64,000 bases of DNA from Octopus sinensis (GCF_006345805.1 NC_043017.1:2480001-2544000), one strand, 5' to 3'. Positions 25,770 to 41,204 are shown, counted from the stretch's first letter. Translations and numbers: made by a program. Notes: generated by a model from the letters alone, not told the origin.

Positions 25770-26153
25770 GGAAGCACTCCGCCGGTTACGACGACGAGGG
25801 TTCCGGTTGATCCGAATCAACGGAACAGCCTGCTCGTGAAATTAACGTGTAAGTGGCTGAGCACTCCACAGACACGTGTACCCTTAACGTAGTTCTCGGG
25901 GATATTCAGCGTGACACAGAGAGTGACAAGGCCGGCCCTTTGAAATACAAGGTACAACAGAAACAGGAAGTAAGAGTGAGAGAAAGTTGTGGTGAAAGAG
26001 TACAGCAGGGAACACCACCACCCGATGCCGGAGCCTCGTAGAGCTTTTAGGTGTTTTCGCTCAATAAACACTCACAACGCCCGGTCTGGGAATCGAAACC
26101 GCGATCCTATGACCGCGAGTCCGCTGCCCTAACCACTGGGCCATTGCGCCTCC
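25770..26153 (-). mobile_element. SINE family C, tail type 2, full length with 14-bp TSD
   Basis: aatatgctaaatat at both 25756-25769 and 26154-26167. Confidence 0.9.
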
Positions 26154-26324
26154 AATATGCTAAATATTTAAGGTGGAAAGGATTATACCAATGGATAAAA
26201 ACTACATACGGTGTTGCGAACAAAAATTGAAACAAGAAACAATAGAAACGGAAAGATGGATCATTTGACAGAAGATTCCAAGTTTTCAAAACTGTTGTTT
26301 ATTATTCATTAATAATAATAATAA

Positions 26325-26490
26325 GACGGTGAGCGGATAGAAATCGTTAGCACGCCGGACAAAATGCTTAGTGGCGTTTCTTACGGATTTACTTTTCACC
26401 GAGGTCGACTCTGCCTTTCATCTTTTCAGGGTCGATAAAATAAGTACCATTAGAGCACAGGGTCCAATGTAATCGAATGCCACCTCAAAA
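26325..26490 (+). mobile_element. SINE family B
   Basis: Family-B head and body. Confidence 0.7.
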
Positions 26491-26749
26491 CAAACACACA
26501 AAATCCACGCTTTGTTTCTACAGTAGAAAGGATTAGGGATCATAAAATCTCACTGGGACAACTTGTTTATATGTGTGCGTAAGTCTATCACATTTAAACA
26601 ATTGGTTTGTACAGTTAAAGGACAAAAGGAATATGAAGTTCTTACAAATTGATATTAATAACGATTACTGTGCACGTGAAGGGGGGAAAGACAGGGAGGT
26701 AGAAAGAGATAGAGAGATAGACAGACAGGTAGATAGATAGATAGATAGA

Positions 26750-26824
<75 letters not shown>

Positions 26825-27000
26825 TAGATAGATAGATAGATAGATAGATATTTCTTTATTAGCCACATAGGACTGAACACAGAGGGCACAAATTACAAAT
26901 TAGAGATTTTGTTTTGGGGGAGAAAAAAAGTGGGGGTAGGTTTTCGATCAAAAGGGATCGTAAAAATATAAAGATAGATAGATAGACAGATAGATGCATC

Positions 27001-27031
<31 letters not shown>

Positions 27032-27867
27032 GTAGAGAGAGAGAGGCACGCACACCCACTCACATACACATACGTTTCTTGTGCATACACACACACACAC
27101 ACACACACCGACAGACATGATTGCTAAAACAGATTGAAGTGGTTCGTGTACGGGCTTACATTACGTATGTTTTAACATTGTTCTGTTCTCGTCTAAAATT
27201 ATAACAACTTCTTAGATATCGTTTTTAAAATAACGCAAAACCAGTCAAACAGATATATCTCACCCACCACCCACACACACACGCACACATACACATTCAC
27301 CTATCTCTACATCACACACACACACATACCACGATATACGCAGAATACACACTCCTACGATTACCAACGCCTCGACACACGTGATTCTACCAACAATACA
27401 TACACACACACACACACACACACACCTTCACACGTAGAAACACACAGAAAATACACACATCGACCAGATTTAACGCCGCGATAACCACCTTAACACCTTA
27501 ATAACTAAGACCCCCCTACTCCTGCCTCTCCCTTATATTACACCTAGAAGTAACAGCTGTATAACACTCATATACAAAACGTTGCCACGCGTGTATATGT
27601 ATAAATACATCTGAAACTGTGATATATATAAATACATTACATAAATATATTATATATAATACATACATGCGTGTGTGTGTGTGTGTGTGAGTGCGCGCGC
27701 TTACGTATACATACATAAATTATTTCTACATTATCGCACAAATTTTGTTTCGTGTTTCTTTTTTTTTTAAGAATTCAAGTATTTTACAGTCAGACACATA
27801 CCCATCCATATATATATATATATATACATACATACATACATACATACATACACATTTATATATATAT

Positions 27868-27922
<55 letters not shown>

Positions 27923-28100
27923 CCCACACAAGGGTATGTCTGTGTAGATAGATACGTGTGTAAATGATGTGTGTGTGTGTAGATATGCGAGAAAATATAT
28001 AAACGTGTGTGTGAGTGTGTACACAGACAAGTGTAAACAAATTCACAATTGCGCGCACACACACAATCTCACACACACACAATCACAAATAGTGAGAGAG

Positions 28101-28168
<68 letters not shown>

Positions 28169-28517
28169 TAAGCACGTAGAGAGACATCTTGCAGATGAAA
28201 AGTAAAGAAGGAATATTGAATTAATGACATTAACAAAAGTATTTCTAAGGCAAAGAGAGAGGAAATAAAAAAAATGTCCTGAAATAAAAGCTAAATATTG
28301 ACAAATGCAGTATATTTAGAACACTGAACCGTTGTTTAAACACACAAACAGGATATGTACAATTTATGTTCACTTATAGACATACAAATGCTCTTCAGGG
28401 CTTAGCATAGACACACACATCCGTCTTTCGTTCAAACATCGATGAGTGAGCAGACAAGCAGAGGTTTAAGGGACTGGAAGACTATATACTTATATGAGTC
28501 AGTAGGATATATACGAG

Positions 28518-28690
28518 GGAGATTATAAGTCTTTATTGCCCACAAGGAGCTAAACATAGAGAGGACAAACAAGGACAGACAAAGGGATTAAGTCGATTAT
28601 ATCGACTCCAGTGCGTAACTAGTACTTATTTAATCGACTCCGAAAGGATGAAAAGCAAAGTCGACCTCGCCGGAATTTGAACTCAGAACG
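28518..28690 (-). mobile_element. SINE family B, long-tail variant
   Basis: Reverse complement of body plus ttgtttgtcctctctatgtttagc tail. Confidence 0.75.
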
Positions 28691-29294
28691 TACAAGATTG
28701 TACTCCAGAATGACCACAGTTCAATGACTGCAACAAGTAGTAAAACATAAATGGTAACTGAAGATCCTGCACAGAGATATTGAACACGGGATCTCGAGAT
28801 TCTGAAGTGAATATCTTAATTATGCAACTTTAAGCCCTTCCCAACAGCCTTGAGAGGTTATTGGTGTAAAGCAATGCGTGCCTTAAGCAGAAAACATGGT
28901 GGGACAGGACTTCCATTCGGGTGTGGTCTGCTGTTGGTTTCTGTCTGAGAAACTATTTCGCCGTTTAACAGGTATCATTTGTTAAACTGATTACTGTTCT
29001 CACACACTTCACACCGGTACTCACTATATGAATTATCTGGAGTAGCTGATCACAGGGCGATACAACTGAGCTCGGACAAAGCAACAATATGGAAGAGTTT
29101 CACTTAGACAGGCCACAGTGATTAAGAGAGACCAGTGCAACTAAAAAGAACCACTGGGATTAAATTGGGCCCATTTCTTTAAGGTGGATCAGTGGGATTC
29201 AAACAGACCAGTGTGACTAAGATATGCCAAAAGTGATTAAGATGGAATCATATAATTGCCTTTGAAAATATTGGTAGATGTATGGATGGATGAT

Positions 29295-30720
<1,426 letters not shown>

Positions 30721-30791
30721 CGAAAAAAACAAAAGATGAAGACAGGCGGTGTACGAAAGATATATTAGTATAACGCTCAGGAATAGAAAAA

Positions 30792-30835
30792 TGTCTTTTA
30801 CGTTTCGAGCCTACGCTCTTCTACAGAAAGGGACA
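30792..30835 (-). ncRNA. Minimal hammerhead-like motif, same repeat family as 7355
   Basis: Minus strand reads TGTCC-CTTT-CTGTAGA-A-GAGC[GTAG]GCTC-GAA-ACGT-A-AAAG-ACA; core has A6U; shares the cctgagcgt flank with the 7355 copy. Confidence 0.45.
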
Positions 30836-30991
30836 CGGAGAGAAACAAGGAGAGAAAAAAATGTGTGTAGTGGCTAGACAGACAAACAGAGGAGAGAAAG
30901 TGGTTACACCTTATGTTACTTAAAGTTTCGTGAACGCGAACAATCCTATTCCTCTTGGATATGAGGAGCTATGTCACTATACAGAACTCAC

Positions 30992-31112
30992 GTTCGTTAG
31001 CACACGCACTCCTGTATGGGGGAGCCCGATAGAGGTGTGCTGTAAGGGATGAGAGGGTAAATGGAGTGGGATAAAAGAAAGAGCCACAGAGGGAAAGATC
31101 TTCCCACTGCAT
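30992..31112 (-). CDS. Candidate upstream coding or 5' exon of LMO4 (MQWEDLSLCGSFFYPTPFTLSSLTAHLYRAPPYRSACANE, phase 1)
   Basis: Unique-sequence island ending in GAAC|GTGAGT (donor 30991-30986). ATG at 31112 gives 40 codons + 1 nt, which splices in frame to the open 5' end of the LIM1 exon (C|GT ACA GAC GAT CAA TTA AAT ATG). No homology support. Confidence 0.25.
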
Positions 31113-31429
31113 CGATATATAATAAATATAGACAAACAACGGTAGGGAGAGTGACAGGGGGAGCAATGTGGAACGAAGATTTCCATTCTTGCCGGTTTTT
31201 TTTGTTTTTATTATTTATTTCATGGTCATAGCCTTGAAACTAAATTGCTCGTTAGTTGTGGAGCACTCTTAGTGATTATGTCTGGATTGGATGAATTAAT
31301 TGTATTTTGAGATTTGTAAGTGTCTGGTTGTTTCACTATGTTTCAATTTGATGTAATGTAGCCGAGACAGGGGGAGGGAGAGGAAGGAGAAAGAGAGAAA
31401 GGGATGGAATGGGAAGATGGAGAAAATAA

Positions 31430-31457
31430 AGGAGGGAGAGAGAGAGACGGAGGTAAG

Positions 31458-31499
<42 letters not shown>

Positions 31500-31930
31500 A
31501 AAACAAGGGACAGAGAAAATGATGCAGAAAGAGAGACAGAAACAAGCAAACAGTGAGAGAAAGAGAGAGAGAGAGAGAGAGGGAGGGAAACAGACAGAGA
31601 GAGACAGTCACAGAGAGAGACAGACAGAGAGAGAGACAGAGAGAGACAGACAGATAGAGAGAATGAGAGAGAGAGATGAGACAGAGAAAACGAGGCAGAA
31701 AGACAGAGACTAGCAGACAGAGAGAGAGAGAAAGAGAAACTGAAAGAGAGAGAAAATGAGAGAAAGAGACAGGGAAAATGAAACAGAGGGACAGAGACAG
31801 ACGAACGGGCAGAGAGAGAGAGTGAGAGAGAAGGAGGTAGACAGGCAGAGAGTAAAAGAGTGCGTGATTGATATAGCGACATAGAGAGACATTACTTGAG
31901 AGAGAGGGAGAGAGAGAGAGAAGGAGAGAG
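31430..31930. repeat. GA-rich simple repeat
   Basis: (GA)n and (GACA)n mosaic; similar (GATA/GACA)n tracts at 23560-23950, 26700-26850, 39720-40010 and 52320-52600. Confidence 0.9.
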
Positions 31931-31989
31931 AGAAGGAGCGGGTTGCTTGCTAAAGAGAAGCTGTTTGTGGATATTTAAACATAGAAAAA

Positions 31990-32340
31990 GCTTCACAATG
32001 GCGGCTGTGAAAGAAGGAGTGAGAGAGAAGGATTTAGAAAGAAGGAGAGAAAGAGGTGTGGAGTAGAGAACGAGGGAGAGGATGGCGCATACATGTGTTA
32101 TAGTAAACAGTGACAACAGAAGTAATTAAAGACAACTGGAGGTGGTGGTGGTGGTGGAGAGGGAGGGGGAGGAGAGGAGGAGGACCAGGAGGAGGAGGAG
32201 GGGGTGCAACATGGCGATTGAATTACAGTTGTCATGTAAGAGAATAGAGACATCATAGGGAGGCTGGTCGGGGCAACGGGGTAGGTTCGGATGCTGCTGC
32301 TGATGCTACTACTACTACTACTACTACTACTAAATACCCC
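31990..32340. promoter_or_regulatory. Promoter-like region with three YY1-type ATGGCG motifs
   Basis: aATGGCGgc (31997), gATGGCGc (32081) and aacATGGCG (32208) within about 220 bp of purine-rich, GC-raised unique sequence upstream of the candidate exon. Confidence 0.3.
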
Positions 32341-32601
32341 GAGATATTATGACTAGTTCTATCCATTGTTTTTTATTGTTGTTTTTTTTTTCTTTTGTAT
32401 GTGTGTGTAACTGTGTGTTTATGTCGAGTTAAAATAAAGACAATTTAACATTAAACTAATTAATTAATGCTTTTTTTTGCAGAGCGCATATTTATTATCC
32501 ATTTACAAAAAAAGTGGAGTGACAGTAACTTCGAAGTATCGGTATTATGTACACACATAGAACTAATCTCCAATTACATGTTTTAGCACAATAAAAAAGG
32601 C

Positions 32602-32664
<63 letters not shown>

Positions 32665-32794
32665 AATGTAGGTGTATATTTTTAATGTGTACAAATAAGA
32701 CGAATAAATAATAAATAGTTACCAGGGTAGCAAAAATTCAAGTAAGTGCCAAGGATGTTACAGCCTACTTATAGAGGTAGAAATTTCAGAGTTA

Positions 32795-33178
32795 AGTGGC
32801 TGTGTGGTAAGTAGCTTTCTTACCAACCACATGATTCCGTGTTCAGTCCCACTGCGTGGCACCTTGGGCAAGTGTCTTCTACTGTAGCCTCAGGCCGAAC
32901 AAAGCCTTGTGAGTGGATTTAGTAGACGGAAGCTGAAAGAAGCCCTTCGTATATATATGTATATATATATGTGTGTGTGTCTGTGTCTGTCCCCCGACAT
33001 CGCTTGACAACCGATGCTGGTGTGTTTACGTTCCCGTAACTTAGCGGTTCGGCAAAAGAGACCGATAGAATAAGTACTAGGCTTACAAAGAATAAGTCCT
33101 GGGGTCGATTTGCTCGACTAAAGGCGGTGCTCAGGCATGGCCACAGTCACATGACTGAAACAAGTAAAAGAGTAAAGA

Positions 33179-33180
<2 letters not shown>
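32795..33180 (+). mobile_element. SINE family A
   Basis: Near-consensus copy. Confidence 0.85.
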
Positions 33181-33213
<33 letters not shown>

Positions 33214-34605
33214 GAGCAAATATTTATACAGATATTACTATTGCTATTATTATCGAACGAGGGATTTAACTCTTGTCTCTAGCAGGCAGACGCATTCCTG
33301 TATCCTTATGACTGATTGATATGTGTGTATGTGTGTGTGTGTGTGAGTTTCTGAAGACAAACTTTCTTAAATGAAACATTTTTAATTATATAAAAATTCT
33401 TTTAAAAGACGTTGTCAGTCCTTACTGAAAGAAAGTCTAAGTCAATGCGTTACTTTCTTTTTTTAATATATAAAAATTAATCATTTATAATACAAGAAAA
33501 TCTTAATTCAAGCATCGTGATTGTATCAAGAACGTCAAAACTTCATTTATATATATATATATATACATAGTTACATACATACAAGGCTGCACGTGTCTCC
33601 ACAGCCTACTTAGTTGAACATAGGTACCAGGATATTGTTTATGTATCACCCTCACCACTACAATCGTCTTCAGGTCAGGTGTTAAGTGGGCAGAGAAGAT
33701 GGTAAAATATCTGCTACCCGCAACGTAAGAACTTGAAACAATTAGCGTAAGCTTGGTGCATTCTAACAAGACATGCTTGCTTGCGAGTGACGGCGATACA
33801 TTTTTCTGTTAGACATATAACAATTGTATAGCCGTATATATAAGATACATACGTATATATTTGTGTGTGTGTAGTTATATATAGACATAAGAAAACAGAC
33901 GAATGAATCATCTGGTACTTCCGAAGTTGTTTCATTAAGAATATTGTGACGTAAGCCTGGTACAGTCAGGTATGTAGTATGCACAACATTCATAAGAATA
34001 TTTATTACGCTGCACAAGTCAACTCATCAGGTTTACTAAATAAACAAGCAAGCAATTAGATGTTGATTAATCAACAGATCATCAACAAGTGAAATTTCTA
34101 ATAAGAATTACCACATTTAAGAAATGTAAAGTGGGTGGGACAATCTGACAATCATGGCGGTTGAATGGAAAAATGAGGTTGCAAATTAAGGAACATTTAA
34201 AGGTATTTCTATTAAGAGTATGTCGTTAAACTTAGCAACACCGCTCATCAAGGACGGTGCTGTCAAAACATGCTTGCATACCAGCGGATAGCAGGCACCA
34301 AGCAACACATTTGACCCTGTCAAGACGTATTTGATGACAGTTACCGACCTTGTTCTAAAAACAAAATGTTGCTGTCTTATATTGTTTAGTACATCTAAGA
34401 CTAACGCGGTTAGTAAATCGCAGCAACACTTATACAGTTAATTCATCTTGATTAAAGTGCCCCGACTAATTATCGTAGGACTAACAGAATATTGAATTTA
34501 AGGGAGATTCGGTTAATAAAGATATAGGGAAACTATCATAAGGAAAAGTGGGGGGAATACGAAAGGAGGCTCCTGCGAGTGGGTGTTGGGTGGGGTGGAT
34601 GTGAA

Positions 34606-34743
34606 GGCGCAAGTGTGGCTGCGTGGTAAGACGCTTGCTTCAGTCACATTGCCTGCCACCTTGGGTAAGTGTCTTCTACAATAGCCTCGGGCCGACCAAA
34701 GCCTTGTGAGTAGATTTGGTAGACGGAAGCTGAAAGAAGCCCG

Positions 34744-34789
<46 letters not shown>

Positions 34790-34986
34790 TTTTGTCCCCA
34801 CGCCAACGCTTGACAACCGATGTTGGTGTGTTTACGCCCCAGTAATTTTGCGGTCCGGCAAAAGAGACTGATAGAATAAGCATTAGGCTTACAAAGGACA
34901 AGTCCTGGGATCGATTTCTTTGACTAAAACCCCTTAAGGCGGTGCTCCAGAATGGCTGCAGTCAAATGACTGAAGCAAGTAAAAGA
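34606..34986 (+). mobile_element. SINE family A
   Basis: Full-length with small deletion. Confidence 0.8.
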
Positions 34987-35025
34987 ATATAAAAGATATA
35001 TATACAAATATGTGTTATATATATA

Positions 35026-35067
<42 letters not shown>

Positions 35068-35796
35068 AGAGAGAGAGAGAAAGAGAGATGCATTTATGTG
35101 TTTATACCCGTATATGTACTCAGACACGCATATATATATTATATATATATATATAAGCATACAAATATACACGCAATATTATATATATATATATACATAC
35201 ATATATATATAATCTCACATATGTATGTGTGTACATAAAATACATTCACAATTACTTATAAATTGAATTTTTAAATATGGTATTAATTACTTCGTTAATA
35301 ACTGAAACAGACGATGTAAATTCATTCATTAACTTCTAATCTCAGACTCCTAAACTTTGCCATACATCCCACACACACATACACACATATATACACCCAC
35401 ACTTAAAGTGTGAACTTTTAATGAAATATTCGTTTGACACATAAACGACGCCATTGAAATCTCGGCAATATGATTGACCCCCGGCATCTGACGTGTACTC
35501 ATTTCGAGAACTCCCACAATTCGTAAGGAAGCGGAGGTGAAGGCTACTCGTCTCGCTGCACCACCAACACCCTCCTTCTTTTCCGTTTTTAATTTGATTT
35601 AATTTAATTTTTATGACTTAGTCACGAGATGAAAATCAGCGTCTACGATCACCAAGAAAGCTGGGGCGACAGAGGAAGGCAAACTATCTGGAGATGTTCA
35701 TCGAATTTATTTAACAAAATGAACTGAGTAACGCCGTCCAAGGACCGAATAAACGTAGGTGTTATACAGGGCGATGTTTAAATGCATCATCAAAAT

Positions 35797-36130
35797 CAGT
35801 TGTTCTTAACCGGGGCCTACATGGCCCATGGGGACCGTATAAGATTTTCGGAGCTCCACGCAGCAAAACAGTAAATTAAGTTTCCACAATACGATTTTAA
35901 GGAACCCCTGAAACAATTTTGCTTTAGATCTATGTATTGCAAGAAACAGCTTGGTTTCTTTAACATTTTATGTAGTTCAATCTACAAAATTTAATGTGTA
36001 AAAAACAAAGTAGGGATTTGCAACGAAGTTTCTATAAAACTAGTTTTTAAACATCGAATGCCTACGGGAGTCCACCAAAATAAAATAGTCATGAAAGGGA
36101 TCGATAGATAAACAGGATTGAGAACCCCTG
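35797..36130. mobile_element. hAT (Charlie-like) MITE
   Basis: cagttgttcttaacc ... ttgagaacccctg termini; imperfect 8-bp TSD atcaaaat / ctctaaat. Confidence 0.6.
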
Positions 36131-36588
36131 CTCTAAATAATAACAATAAGATAATCAGTTCCAATGACAGGTTTCAATTAAAAGACTTTGGTTGTGCCGA
36201 GGCCTGGGACTATGTGGCAAGAAATCTTGTCCAGATAACCGCTGTGTGGGACTGAACATTAACCACATCCTTGTGAAGCACACCTCTTAACCACAAACCT
36301 AAACATCTACAGTTTTGGGCCAGTCTAGCAACTCCAAAACGAGTCACTATTAGGAGTGTTTGTTATTATTGTTGAGATACTGGTCGAGCTTACTTCAGAA
36401 GATATAGGATCAGATGCAGGCACAGCAGTAAAAAACGCTATTTTCTATTCTGCCGAAGTTGACATACAACAGTTTCAATGGTGCATCGTCAGAACCATTT
36501 CGACCGTCCTCAGAAGGGGGTTGCCAGTGTCAGAGGTGCTGCCCCTTCATCTATCTAAAACTACACACGAATATACATTATATGTAAA

Positions 36589-36620
<32 letters not shown>

Positions 36621-36629
36621 TATAGAGAT

Positions 36630-36679
<50 letters not shown>

Positions 36680-38143
36680 AAAGAATACTGAGAATTTCTC
36701 GATCTCATCTGTGGATTATATATATATATATACATACACGAATAAGCACCCATGTGAACACGTGGATCTGAAGAGACGATGTGTGTATTTGAAAGTATAT
36801 TGGCAATAAGAATTGGGGAAGTACACACACGCACAAAGATATTCATACACACAAAGATTGTCATACAAAAAGCACACCGACAACGACACAAATGCATACA
36901 CACGAAAACACACACTCAGACACACAATACGCACGCACACGCACATCAAACTACGGTTAAATATGAACTCATATATGCTCTTTAACTAACTGCAAGTCTT
37001 TAGCGAGCGTTATTGGTGCCCCCACCCCTATTAATTGGTAATTTGAGACAGAAAATCTAATAAGGTCATCATAACATTTAATTTTAATGAAAGAAGTTGT
37101 TACTTTTTCTTTGGTTTTTGTTGTTTTGCTGAGAAAATCAGAAATTATATGAAAATTATGGGAATTTTATGCATAGTTCACTAATTTAATGTCAATAAAC
37201 TACGTCACCGAAGTACACACAAGCACACACATATATGGGTGTGTGTTAGTATGCATAAATAAGTACACATGTGTACACTATCATATATATATAAATGTAT
37301 ACATGCACACATCTATGAATAAGAATACATACGCACCATACACACGCGTACACACACACACATTATATATATATATATATATGCACACACAATTACATAT
37401 ATGGATAGGTGCGTACATACAAATATAAATTCACTGGTGCTTGTGTATAACTGTGTGATCGTGAAGTTTCAAATGTCACAGTAAGCAGTACTCGATATAA
37501 ATAATATAGAGTAAAATAACTATGAATGTGAGGTTTTGCTTTTCAAATTATCTGTATGTCATACCATTGAGATTTTCATTAACTCGCTCTATCGTTTCTA
37601 GCAGGAAGTATGCCGGGTTTAGTTAAATTGAATCCCAAAGGTACCGATAGATTGTGAATCAGAAAATTTTCTATAAACTGTCAAATTCTTACACACACAA
37701 ACACACACACACGTTCATACATTCGTGTATGCATTTGCATGCATATATATATATATATGTTATGATTTTGTGCGTTGGCACTTCTCACACAAGTCATGAA
37801 ATTCTCGTCACTCGAGTCACTCTTATAATTTCTCCGGATTATTGATAAAACTATAAATCTATACACATGTTATGAGTTCTGTTTCATGCTTGCATTACGT
37901 TCACACACACACACATGCACGGTCGCTATTATGAACCACGCTTCAAGCTAACTTCTTTTTCTTCCGGTCATTTTAGTATGAGATGACCGTTTGCTATTTG
38001 GGACACGTTTGCTCTCTTTTTTCCGTGTTTCTTTTTTATTCGTCACCTATATTTTCCGCAGAAGAGCATATGCTCGAAACATTAATGACTGCTCTTTCTT
38101 GAAAGCCAGATGCATATACCCTGTCTGTTTATTGCATCGTATT

Positions 38144-38179
<36 letters not shown>

Positions 38180-38584
38180 AAGTATGTATGTGTGTGTGTG
38201 TGAGTGTGTGTAGAAGGTTGATAAGAAACATACGAGTTGATATATATGGGAAAAAAGTCAAGGTAGAAAATGCTAAAATAATTTTAGAAAAAACATTTCA
38301 GTACCGGTTTCAGTCATTGAGACTTTATAAGCTGTGAGTATGGAAAACAATTAAATTTTGGAAAAGTTTAAAAGTTTTAAAAGGAATATATGCATAGTAT
38401 TCAAATACAAGGGGCATTTTCTTTGTTTCTGCCTGTCTCTGTCTCCCTTGTTTACTCCTGTGGGTTCGAGGTCGTTGTGAATTGTTGGCAGAGAAGAAGA
38501 AGAAGAAGAAGAAGGAGGGAGAGGGAGGAGAACTGAAATGTGTTTATGACAAAATTATTTTAGCATTTTCTGCCTTTACTTTTT

Positions 38585-38641
<57 letters not shown>

Positions 38642-39810
38642 GATATTTATACAGTTATCTTCCATGTTGTAATACCTATCATATGATATGTTCACCGCTG
38701 TTATGACATGGATATTCATAAAAATATGAATTTATACTTAACGTACAGTCTATTTTAGTACTTAGCACTGGTGTGATGATACCTATCTTTACCGTATTAT
38801 GATAGCTATCTTATGAAAGCTATTGCTGCTAAGTTATAAAAATATTCATTATGTTATGATACTATTCACATTTTATAGTACACAGCTTCACAATGCTATG
38901 ATATATCTTATCTTATGATACTTAACTCAAAAACATCAACCTGTAATCGCCTCAAGGATGTAAAATTTACTGATCCTGTTCTTACGTGACAACCTATTCA
39001 ATCTCTCTGTTTAATAACGTTATCTGTCTCTTGAACGACTTAACTCAAATCTGAATTTAACACCTCTACCTGGGTTTTGGGAAAGCGCATAGTCTAGTGG
39101 TTAGGGTGCAACGCTCACGATCAGTTTCACTTCCGGGATCAGGCGCTGCAAAACACTTCATTTCCTCCTGCTCCGCTCCATTCAGCTGTCAACAAATAAC
39201 CCTGCGACAGACATTTTATCCAAGAGGAATGTTGTGATCACAGTTACTCATACCCCATAGAAACCGGGTAACAGGCATTCATCTCTTGGTTTATTCTTAA
39301 CCACTGCTACCTACTGTACGATTTTTCTCTGCCCATCTTTACTGCAGTCTCAGAGACCTTCGAAAATATTCTGGGTGTTAACCCTATCTCCTTTGATTAC
39401 AACAGCAAAACACTAAGCGCAGACAAATTATAAGAAGTGTTTACAAGAAGGCAATTCAGTGCGAAAGATAGATTAACGACGTGTCATGTGGTATTCAGGA
39501 TAGCTTACAATACGACAAACTAATGGGAGATCACTGAGGGCAAAGATCTTATCTAACAATGAGAGAGTTGAATAAGATTTTTTCTGTCAAAGATGAACAA
39601 ATTATATAATACAATATTTAGGAATATAATATAATGTTAATAGGATTCCGGTTTTACAGAACAGGCAAAACACAAACTGACGTACATACAACATACACAC
39701 GAAGATAGATAGAGAAACAGATAAATATACAGACAAGCAAATATTTAGATAGATAGTCTGTCCGATAGGCCGATAGACAGACAAATAGCTATCTATTTGT
39801 AGATAGATAA

Positions 39811-39859
<49 letters not shown>

Positions 39860-39866
39860 TAGATAA

Positions 39867-39927
<61 letters not shown>

Positions 39928-39934
39928 TAGATAA

Positions 39935-40009
<75 letters not shown>

Positions 40010-40819
40010 ATGCGTGCACATACGAGGCGACACTAATATACCTACACGGTTTGAAACACAAATACACAGATGTATAAACGCATAAGCACATATAAACAGA
40101 AAGTTACACACACACACACAAGCCCACATACATAGAGACACACATCTCTACATAAATTTACCTAATATTTCTCAAGAGGAATTAAGTATGATTATTATGA
40201 TTTATACAAGACTGACTTCATTGTACAGCGTTGCCCGTGAGAAATTAGTAGCAATCAATGAAGTTCTTATTCACAGTGTAGTGGTGGGGGTTGGTGGAGA
40301 GAGAGAGTCAGAGAGAGAAAGAGATAGAGCAAGCGAAGCAGAACAAAAAAAGAAAGACACACATCATGATTAGCAAAATTGATTCTAATTAATTTTGTTT
40401 CTAGCGTAAGTAAGCCACACACTTCAATGGTATTATATGCTAGACCAGCGTTATTGGCTTAAGACCGTAAAACTATTATCTAAGTTGAATATCAATAGAT
40501 GTAGGCCGAGTGGGGAAGTTGAGTGGTTCGTTCCGTCGGCTCATGCTGCTAGAATTGAATACCACCGTGCCACACGTTGGACAAGTACCTTGCACTTTAC
40601 GTTCGCTCTCATCAATAACCTGAGAGTGAGACGCTCGTCGTATACAGAAATCGAAATACAAAGTCACGGGTAAAACACGTGTGATTTGCCATCCGATGAC
40701 GGTCTCTGTGTCTCTTTGTCTGTCTTTCTATCTCCCGCTCTCTCTCTCACACACGTTCAAACCTAGCATACTCTAAGCTTCGGTTTGAAATTCTACAGGT
40801 TTCCTTTTTTTGTCACACA

Positions 40820-41160
40820 TCGACTTCTTAACCAGAGGATCCTGAGGGTCGATATAAGATTTCCTGAGGGTTCATATAAGATTTCTTGTAACATAGTTCT
40901 AGGCATCAGCACAACCAAAGTTTTCTAATTGAAATCTGATAGACAGAAGTAGAAACCTGTCATTGGGAGTGTTTTATCTTATGGGTCTATATAAGATTTC
41001 CGGGGGTCCCTGAGAGTCCATATAGGATTTCTGGGGGTCCACAAAATAAAATAGTAAAGTGGGGATCCACAATAGTATTTTCAAGGACCCTGAAAAATAT
41101 TTTGTTTGCTGCAATGTATATAAATATATAGATTTAAAACAACTGGATTTCTTTCTCAAA
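40820..41160. mobile_element. Rearranged copies of the same hAT MITE family
   Basis: cttaacc...tataagattt and gtccacaaaataaaatagt segments shared with 35797-36130. Confidence 0.4.
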
Positions 41161-41204
41161 CGTTTTACATAGTTCGACCAACAAAAGTTAATCTGTGAAA
41201 AACA

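Noticed and set aside
40381-40415. Microexon-like signal ctaat...ttttgtttctag|C|gtaagt (or a 5-nt exon) on the plus strand
   Set aside because: No plus-strand gene is evident in the window, and such short motifs arise by chance in AT-rich DNA.
40476-40667. Minus-strand ORF with GTCPTCG resembling the start of LMO4 LIM2 (GACSACG)
   Set aside because: No further Cys/His ligands, and it lies upstream of LIM1 in transcription order.
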